Assembly: GCA_964541255.1 (NCBI GenBank) | Contig: CAZIPL010000002.1 | Location: 589 to 64,588 of the forward strand | DNA: 64,000 bases | From: an uncultured Clostridia bacterium | Lineage (GTDB): Bacteria > Bacillota > Clostridia > Christensenellales > CAMQZB01 | Direction: 5' to 3' | Shown: one piece after another, positions 57,754 to 64,000 of the stretch | How the letters are laid out: the number at the start of each line of letters is the position of its first letter | How positions within the stretch are numbered: position 1 is the first letter of the stretch | Translations under genes and position numbers: made by a program | Notes under the pieces: generated by a model | Seen by the model: only the letters and a program-made list of their open reading frames with translations | Database searches by the model: none | Told to the model about the DNA's origin: nothing

Positions 57754-59229
57754 ATGGCAAAACAAAAGGTAAACAAGCATCCCGATTGGCAGATGACGAG
57801 TGCCGAAAGAAAGTGGTATTACATAGGCGATACCGGAAGACTTTTCGGCTCGACGCTTATTACAAGCTATATGACGTTGTTTTTGATGTTTCAAGGAATA
57901 TCGACTGCGGCAGTTGCCACGGCAATTATGATCGTCAAGATCATCGACGCTGCGGACGACGTTATTTTCGGTTTTATTGTAGACAAATTAAAATTGACGG
58001 AATGGAAAGCGTTTAAAAAAATTACGGGAAGCGGTAAATATATGCCGTGGTATAGGTTGACGTTCTGGATGTTCCCCGTCGCAACCATTCTTTTCTTCCT
58101 TATGCCTAAGTCTTTCCCCGAAGCAGCTAAGGTTGCGTGGTTCTTCGTAACGTATTTGCTATATGACTTGACCTGCACGCTTTCGGAAGTCCCGATGCAG
58201 TCGATGGTAATGACCCTCACCGAAAGCCCGTCTGAGAGAAATAACATCTTGACGGTCAAGGGCGTTATCACGGTAGTTGCGGCGGTTCTTCTTGCGATTA
58301 TCGTATCGTTCCTTATTAGCGAAAGTGTCGGTATGTCAATCTCTACAGTCGGCGTAGGATTCTCCGTATTGTTCCTTTTGATGATGCTTCCTATGGCATT
58401 CAAGGTCAACGAGCACAACACCGAGCTTAAGAACGTCGTAGAGGAGGGCTCGCAAGAAAAATATACCTTTAAGGATATGATTAAGTGCGTATTTACCAAT
58501 AAGTACATCTTCGTATTCTTCCTTGCAACTATTGTCTTCACGGTTCTTTTGACGAGAATGGCTGTCGAAACGTTTATCGCGTTCTATATTTTCAACGATT
58601 CGATGATATTTACATACGTAATGCTCATAGGCTTTGTCCCCGGAATTATCATAAGCGGGCTTTGCGGAAAGATCGCGGACAAAATGGGCAAAAAGAATTT
58701 GCTTTCGTTGATATTCGTTCTTTTGGCGGCGGCATCACTCATTATTTATTTCTTTGGCAGAGGTAATAAGGTATTTTTTATCGTAATCGGAGGACTTTGT
58801 GCAATCCCCAATGCTCTCGTAGAGGTTGTCAGAACATATATCGCACCTGACACAATCGAATATACGAGATATAAAACGGGTAAAGATTGCTCCGGTATCT
58901 TCTATTCGTTGCAGTCTTTCATAAAGAAAGCTACGAACGGTATCGCAAGCTCTTTAGCACTCTTCATTTTGGCGTTCAACGGCTGGCAAGAAGTTACCGC
59001 AGACAGCTTTGCGGATCTTTTGGCGCAGGGCGTAACGCAGACCCCTCAGGCTCTTGACGCACTTTGGAACGTAGGATATCTTATTCCCGCGTTCGGTTGC
59101 ATTATCGCGGCTGTTCTTATGCTCGTTCTTTATAACTTAAAAGATAAAGACGCTGCTTTGATGGCGCAGTGTAACGCGGGTACCATAACGAGAGAAGAGT
59201 GCGAAGCTCAGCTTTCGAGAAAGTATTGA
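57754..59229 (+). CDS. glycoside-pentoside-hexuronide (GPH):cation symporter family transporter
   Basis: 491 aa, 12-TM type. GPH-like N-terminus (YYIGDTGRLFGSTLITSYMTLFL...IIDAADDVIFG). AGGAGG RBS. Confidence 0.85.
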   Translation: MAKQKVNKHPDWQMTSAERKWYYIGDTGRLFGSTLITSYMTLFLMFQGISTAAVATAIMIVKIIDAADDVIFGFIVDKLKLTEWKAFKKITGSGKYMPWYRLTFWMFPVATILFFLMPKSFPEAAKVAWFFVTYLLYDLTCTLSEVPMQSMVMTLTESPSERNNILTVKGVITVVAAVLLAIIVSFLISESVGMSISTVGVGFSVLFLLMMLPMAFKVNEHNTELKNVVEEGSQEKYTFKDMIKCVFTNKYIFVFFLATIVFTVLLTRMAVETFIAFYIFNDSMIFTYVMLIGFVPGIIISGLCGKIADKMGKKNLLSLIFVLLAAASLIIYFFGRGNKVFFIVIGGLCAIPNALVEVVRTYIAPDTIEYTRYKTGKDCSGIFYSLQSFIKKATNGIASSLALFILAFNGWQEVTADSFADLLAQGVTQTPQALDALWNVGYLIPAFGCIIAAVLMLVLYNLKDKDAALMAQCNAGTITREECEAQLSRKY

Positions 59230-59248
59230 TTATATTGTAAATGCGGCG

Positions 59249-59286
59249 AGGCTTCCGCTTTCCTAAACAAAAGCGGAAACCTTTTC
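59249..59286 (+). terminator. Rho-independent terminator after GPH transporter
   Basis: 13-bp stem aggcttccgcttt/aaagcggaaacct followed by TTTT. Confidence 0.75.
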
Positions 59287-59304
59287 CATAATATATACGA
59301 AATT

Positions 59305-59450
59305 ACTTACTTGTAAGGGCTTGGAGTTTAGCGGTATTGCTAAAATATAACAATCCTTCAGTCTGCTACGCAGACAGCTCCCTTACTAAAGGAGCCTTTG
59401 GTTTTGTGGCAAAACAAAAATTGTTGTGCATAGATTTTATCACGAGATAA
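59305..59450. repeat. diverged repeat copy A (homologous to 60026..60135) carrying a hairpin-rich insert of about 40 nt
   Basis: cttgtaagggcttggagttt aligns with cttgcaagggtttggaattt, and gtggcaaaacaaaaattgttgtgcatagatttta aligns with gtggcaaaacacacttgttttgcaaagattttta. The distance between these anchors is 96 nt in copy A and 59 nt in copy B. Confidence 0.6.
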
Positions 59451-59868
59451 GAGACTTACGTGAAAGGCAATATAAAAAGCAAAAGCAAAAATACACCTAT
59501 TTGGGGCAGTCCTGCCCATTCGGTTTTTTCTCAATATACTTTTTAACTTTGGAAAAGGCTTTGCGATTATGCAAGGTCTTTTCTATTTTTCGTTAAAGCT
59601 ATAAAGAATATCGATTGTATTTTGGAATATATGGCGTAAATTATTTATAGTGTGCTTTTTCTTCGGAATAGACTATCGTATAACGTCTTAGTAATTTTTA
59701 GTGTTATCTATACGTCGATTTGTAAAAAAACGAATTTATAAAGTCTTAAAATTGCGTAGTGTCGTAACTAATCTATGGGTTTTACTATTAGATATATAAA
59801 TGTTGCGCTTGTGCTGTGGGACGGTCTTCTTTGTTTTGTTACAGAAATCGGATTATTTTTTTGGTCGA

Positions 59869-59905
59869 TATTGACAAATTTATGATAAAATGATACTATA
59901 GTATC
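59869..59905 (+). promoter_or_regulatory. promoter with perfect 14-bp palindrome over the -10 box
   Basis: TATTGACA, a 17-nt spacer, then TACTAT. GATACTATAGTATC at 59892-59905 is a perfect palindrome. Confidence 0.55.
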
Positions 59906-60025
59906 GAAAACGAATCGTTTCAATGGATATGCGTTATTAAAACAAAAAGTTTTAATAAAAAAGTTGCGGTAATGATTGTGCGTTTGCGAAAAAGCGTACG
60001 GCTTAAATAATAATAGAGATTACAA

Positions 60026-60135
60026 ACTTGCTTGCAAGGGTTTGGAATTTCGCAATATTTCAAGCTTAGAAGCACAAAACTATCGTTTTGTGGCAAAACA
60101 CACTTGTTTTGCAAAGATTTTTACGCAAGACAAAT
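60026..60135. repeat. diverged repeat copy B, immediately upstream of the TetR gene
   Basis: See copy A. It contains the inverted repeat GCAAAACA-cact-TGTTTTGC (60092-60111). Confidence 0.6.
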
Positions 60136-60159
60136 ATCTATATAAAGAGGGGGAAATCG

Positions 60160-60675
60160 ATGTCAAAGGATATTAACAAAGTTTCGTTCATAAAAGACTG
60201 TATGGCGGACGCACTCGAAACGCTTATGAAAGACCGTGCGATAAAGGATATTTCTATCGACGAAATAACCAATTTGGCGGGAGTAGGGCGAGCTACTTAT
60301 TTTCGCAATTTCGATTCGAAGTACGAGGTGCTTGCCTATAAGCAAATAAAGGAGTGGAAAGCTTGGCGCGACAAGCATAATCTGGGTCCGACCGAAGAAT
60401 TTGATTTCAATAATGCGTTATCGACTTTCCAGTTCCAATATAACATAAGAGAGCGTACCCGCCGCCGTTTCACGCACCCGGAGGAGTATAAGCTCGTCAA
60501 TTCGATAGTTATCAAAGAGGTTATTATCCCGGACTCCAATAACGAATATACGGATATGTATAAAATCGCATTCTTTTCTTACGGGCTTGTAGGGCTTCTT
60601 CAAAAGTGGGCGGAGAACGATTTCAAAGAATCCCCCGAAGAGATGGTTACTATGGTCGGCAAGTGGCTAAAATAA
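60160..60675 (+). CDS. TetR/AcrR-family transcriptional regulator
   Basis: MSKDINKVSFIKDCMADALETLM...ISIDEITNLAGVGRATYFRNFDSKYEV HTH. The ATG at 60160 follows AGAGGGGG. Confidence 0.85.
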   Translation: MSKDINKVSFIKDCMADALETLMKDRAIKDISIDEITNLAGVGRATYFRNFDSKYEVLAYKQIKEWKAWRDKHNLGPTEEFDFNNALSTFQFQYNIRERTRRRFTHPEEYKLVNSIVIKEVIIPDSNNEYTDMYKIAFFSYGLVGLLQKWAENDFKESPEEMVTMVGKWLK

Positions 60676-60803
60676 ATATAACAATCTGCTTACTGTCGTA
60701 GAATTTGTAATCAAGAAATAGATTTTTTTAAGGGCGAAAAGGTATACTCTTAGCCGAAAATGAAGATGGTGACATCTTTTGCTTGCAACTTAAAATTGGT
60801 TTT

Positions 60804-60844
60804 ATATGCACTTCAAATTGCTATTGAGGTGCATATCGTTTTTT
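60804..60844 (+). terminator. Rho-independent terminator after TetR gene
   Basis: 13-bp stem atatgcacttcaa/ttgaggtgcatat (one G-U pair) followed by cgTTTTTT. Confidence 0.75.
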
Positions 60845-60874
60845 ACGCATTTTTTATTATCAAAGCAATGTGAT

Positions 60875-60967
60875 TGATACTTTTAAGTCAATATGTTTCA
60901 AAACGGCGGGGCGGTATTGACTTGCCGATTCTTATGGGGTAAACTTAATATATGATACTTTGGTATC
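60875..60967 (+). promoter_or_regulatory. promoter module copy 3 plus operator palindrome (esterase/GH78 operon)
   Basis: TGATAC-N9-AATATGTTTCA-N14-TATTGACT, a 17-nt spacer, then TAAACT. This is followed by TGATACTTTGGTATCA at 60953-60968. Confidence 0.6.
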
Positions 60968-61034
60968 ACGTAATATGTGTGTATAAAACATAAATAGAAG
61001 CGAAAACAAAAAGAGTTTTTGAAAGGAGAGAAAA

Positions 61035-62048
61035 ATGGAATTTAAGAAAGTGGTTTTCAACGAAGAAAAGAACGTTTATATGAAGTGCTACATTCAAGAA
61101 TGCGGAGGTGAGTTTACTAATCTCAAATCTCGTCCCGCGATGATCGTTCTACCCGGCGGAGCATATGCTATGTGTAGTGAAAAAGAAGCCGATTCCGTTG
61201 CGCTTTCTTATGCCAAGCACGGTTTCCAGACATTTATTTTATATTATTCTCTTGCAGGCGTCGGAATGAAATGGCCTGACCCTTTGAACGATTACGACAA
61301 TGCGGTGGAATACATAAAAGAGCATGCCGAGGAGCTTGGCGTCGATACGGAAAGAATTTGCTGCGTAGGCTTTTCCGCAGGCGGACACTTGGCTTCGATG
61401 GCGGCAACGAGCGCGAAGCACAAGCCGCAAGCGGCCGTTTTGGTATATCCGGGGCTTAAATGTATGTCGTACGTTCCCAACGCTTGCGAATTTGTCAATG
61501 AAGATACTTCGCCGTGCTTTATCGTCGGAACGCGCGACGATATGATTTCTCCCAAAGAGACGTTGGAATTTGCCGATAAATTGACGGATTTCGATATAAG
61601 GTATGAATATCATATATATTCATTCGGCCCTCACGGCTGTTCGACGGGCGCACATTTCGTTGTTCCCGTTGAAACGCATATTACCGAAAGATTCTCTCAC
61701 TGGGTAGAGGATTCGATAGGCTTCATCAAAGAGCTTATCGGGGATTTCGGTGTAAACGGAATGACTGAGCCTAAAACCACTCGATATATCAACGGCAATC
61801 ACGAAAATAAGTACTCAATTGATTGCACGTTCAATTATCTTGTGAAAAACGAAGCGACGTTGTTTGCCGTCGAGCCTCTTCTTGCGGCAGTTCGCGCAAT
61901 GTTCCCGCCGAAAGAGGGAGAGGAATCGAATGGCGACGTTCTCGGAATTTTGGGGAACATGACGGCAAGAGAGCTTTATCGAACAATCAAATATCCCGAA
62001 GAAGCTATTATTGCGTTAGACGAAAAGCTCAAGGAAATAGAAAAATAA
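61035..62048 (+). CDS. alpha/beta hydrolase (esterase/lipase-like)
   Basis: LPGGAY oxyanion-region motif and a GFSAGGH nucleophile elbow. AAGGAG RBS. Confidence 0.85.
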   Translation: MEFKKVVFNEEKNVYMKCYIQECGGEFTNLKSRPAMIVLPGGAYAMCSEKEADSVALSYAKHGFQTFILYYSLAGVGMKWPDPLNDYDNAVEYIKEHAEELGVDTERICCVGFSAGGHLASMAATSAKHKPQAAVLVYPGLKCMSYVPNACEFVNEDTSPCFIVGTRDDMISPKETLEFADKLTDFDIRYEYHIYSFGPHGCSTGAHFVVPVETHITERFSHWVEDSIGFIKELIGDFGVNGMTEPKTTRYINGNHENKYSIDCTFNYLVKNEATLFAVEPLLAAVRAMFPPKEGEESNGDVLGILGNMTARELYRTIKYPEEAIIALDEKLKEIEK

Positions 62049-62052
62049 TCGA

Positions 62053-64000
62053 ATGAATATATTTGACTTAAAAACAGAACATCTAAAATGCCCAAATGCG
62101 GTGGATAGGCTAAATCCTCGTTTTTCGTGGAAAATAGAAAGCGAAAAGCGTGGGGTTAGGCAAATAAGCTATCGCATAGTCGCAAAAAGCGGAAATAGCG
62201 TTTTGTGGGATAGCGGCGTTGTTGAAAGCGACAGCAACCTTGTTTTCTACGACGGCGTTCCTCTTGAAAGCAGAATGCATGTTATTTGGAACGTAACGGT
62301 TGAAACGGTTGACGAGATCGGCGAAAAAGAAGCTTCGACAAGCGATTGCGCGGAGTTTTTTATGGGACTTTTGAAAAAGTCCGATTGGGTCGCAAAATGG
62401 ATCGATCCCGAAGAGGAAGTTGATCCGGAAAAAAGAAAACCGTCGCCCTATTTGAGAAAAAGCTTTGTCGTGAAAAAGCCGCTCAAAAGCGCTGTTATCT
62501 ATCAATCGGCGCACGGACTTTACGAGTCTTTTATTAACGGCGTTAGATGTACGGACGATATGTTTAAGCCGGGGTTTACGAGCTATTATTATCGCATTCA
62601 ATATCAACGTTATGACGTAACGAATGTTCTTAAAGTCGGCAAAAACGTCTTGTCGGTAATCTTGGCTGACGGTTGGTGGAGAGGGTTCCCGGGTAAAAAT
62701 AACTTCGGAACGCGTTTGGCGTATATCGGACAGTTGGAGTTAACGTACGAAGACGGCGAAAGTGAGATTATCGGAAGTGACGAAAGCTTCAAGTACTCAA
62801 ACGGCGGATTACGTGCGGCTGACTTCATGATGGGAGATGTTTTCGACAGAAACCTCGAAGAAGAGTCTTGGAAAGAGGTAGGCTTTGACGATTCGGCTTG
62901 GAGAAACGCGTCTATATCAAACGAATACGTTTCCGGCGAGCTTATCGCAAGCCGCGGTTATCCCGTGAGAAAAAAAGAAAGTTTCGTCGGAAACGAGATT
63001 AAAGACAAAAACGGCGACAGAGTGCTCGATTTTTCGCAAAACATTGCGGGAACGCTTAAAGCTACTTTCAGAAATACGACAAAAGGTCAAAAAATCGTTC
63101 TTACTTTTGGCGAAGACTTAAAAAACGGCGAATTCAGCATAGATAATTGCTGTCATACGACCGTACCTTTGCCCGCCTTTCAGGAAATAACATATATATG
63201 CAAGGGTGAAGACGTCGAAGGATACGAAAACGAGTTTTCTTTCTTCGGGTTCAGATACGTAAAGGTTGACGGTTATGACGGAAAAATCGAAAAAGGCGAC
63301 TTTGTTTCTTATGCGGTCTATTCCGATATACCGTTCGAAAGCGATTTTAAGTGCTCGGATAAGCTTATAGAAAAGCTTGTTTCAAATTCTAAGTGGAGCC
63401 AAAAGGGAAATTTTCTCGACGTCGCGACGGACTGCCCGACGAGGGAGAAAAACGCTTGGACGGGCGACGCGCAGATTTTTGCTCCGACGGCGTGCTATTT
63501 TTCCGACGTGTATCCGTTCTATGAAAAATGGCTTATCGATCAAAAGATAGAACAATATGAAAGCGGAAAACTTTGCATGACTTTCCCTTCGACAAGCTCG
63601 GTACATAATCCCGAAACGCTCAAAGAATTGTTGAAAACAAGCAGCCTTGCCGCGCTTGCGGGCCCGTCGGGTAATGGAAATATCGGCGACGACAGCGTCG
63701 GTTGGGGCGATTCGGCGGTTTGGATCCCGTATATAGCATATATGTTCTCGGGAGACAAGACGATTTTACTCAATCAATACGAGACGGCGAAACGCTATGT
63801 CGATTACGAGCTATCGTGCGCCAAAGAGCAAAATCCTTTGTATCTTGATAAAGATTACAACAAGAACTCGACTTTCGGAGACAAAGATTCCGATTATATA
63901 TACGACACGCATTTTCATTACGGAGAATGGAACGAGTGGAAAGGTGAGCCGAAAGAGAGTCAAAGCGAAGCGCTTCCTCCTAATGCCGTAGAAATGTTCG
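62053..64000 (+). CDS. alpha-L-rhamnosidase (GH78), second copy, 3' end outside window
   Basis: Frame 1 is open from the ATG at 62053 to the window end, so it is absent from the ORF track (no stop). MNIFDLKTEHLKCPNAVDRLNPRFSW... and LDVATDCPTREKNAWTGDAQIF are GH78 hallmarks. Confidence 0.88.
   Translation, partial: MNIFDLKTEHLKCPNAVDRLNPRFSWKIESEKRGVRQISYRIVAKSGNSVLWDSGVVESDSNLVFYDGVPLESRMHVIWNVTVETVDEIGEKEASTSDCAEFFMGLLKKSDWVAKWIDPEEEVDPEKRKPSPYLRKSFVVKKPLKSAVIYQSAHGLYESFINGVRCTDDMFKPGFTSYYYRIQYQRYDVTNVLKVGKNVLSVILADGWWRGFPGKNNFGTRLAYIGQLELTYEDGESEIIGSDESFKYSNGGLRAADFMMGDVFDRNLEEESWKEVGFDDSAWRNASISNEYVSGELIASRGYPVRKKESFVGNEIKDKNGDRVLDFSQNIAGTLKATFRNTTKGQKIVLTFGEDLKNGEFSIDNCCHTTVPLPAFQEITYICKGEDVEGYENEFSFFGFRYVKVDGYDGKIEKGDFVSYAVYSDIPFESDFKCSDKLIEKLVSNSKWSQKGNFLDVATDCPTREKNAWTGDAQIFAPTACYFSDVYPFYEKWLIDQKIEQYESGKLCMTFPSTSSVHNPETLKELLKTSSLAALAGPSGNGNIGDDSVGWGDSAVWIPYIAYMFSGDKTILLNQYETAKRYVDYELSCAKEQNPLYLDKDYNKNSTFGDKDSDYIYDTHFHYGEWNEWKGEPKESQSEALPPNAVEMF

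Noticed and set aside
57686-57775. Small uORF (MVLIRKPLIKLSGQ...) overlapping the GPH transporter start
   Set aside because: No RBS precedes its ATG. The region also folds into a CCGAAAGC/GCTTTCGG hairpin, so a non-coding 5' UTR is more likely.
59976-60176. 66-aa ORF and the 60088 upstream extension of the TetR ORF
   Set aside because: They have non-ATG starts without RBSs and lie in the repeat and promoter region. The TetR HTH begins right after the ATG at 60160, which has a strong RBS.

Overview
The window looks like a low-GC Firmicutes/Clostridia-type chromosome segment. This is inferred from gene content: type-Z S14, a KOW protein between map and infA, fhs, and GGAGG Shine-Dalgarno sites. 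There are three blocks.

(1) 1-25 kb is a carbohydrate-utilisation region. It holds a GH78 rhamnosidase with rhaB and rhaA, xylA and xylB, a GH2 enzyme, two tandem orphan solute-binding lipoproteins, two tandem MFS paralogs, and several AraC/TetR regulators.

(2) 25.1-41.6 kb is a complete S10-spc-alpha ribosomal protein cluster, rpsJ through rplQ, including secY, adk, map, infA, rpmJ and rpoA. It has its own strong promoter and a leader of about 325 nt. Several r-proteins carry lineage-specific extensions.

(3) 41.6-64 kb is an accessory-like region. It holds fhs, mscL, a papain/C39-like orphan protein, an AraC regulator, a RelP/RelQ-type small alarmone synthetase, a heterodimeric ABC exporter, an ApbE/NusG-II/Gx module, an oxidoreductase, an MBL hydrolase, a GPH symporter, a TetR regulator, an esterase and a second, partial GH78.

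The most interesting unexplained signal is a tandem triplication of 99-nt genes on the minus strand at 44017-44389. They are below the ORF-track cutoff and encode 32-aa basic amphipathic peptides. Each has its own GGAGG site, and the set shares a terminator. Upstream lies an array of four helically phased TT(T/A)ACG hexamers.

A second signal is a promoter module of about 55 nt shared by three operons, together with a TGATAC-N4-GTATCA palindrome at three promoters between 48.9 and 61 kb.

No rRNA, tRNA, CRISPR array or obvious transposase was seen.
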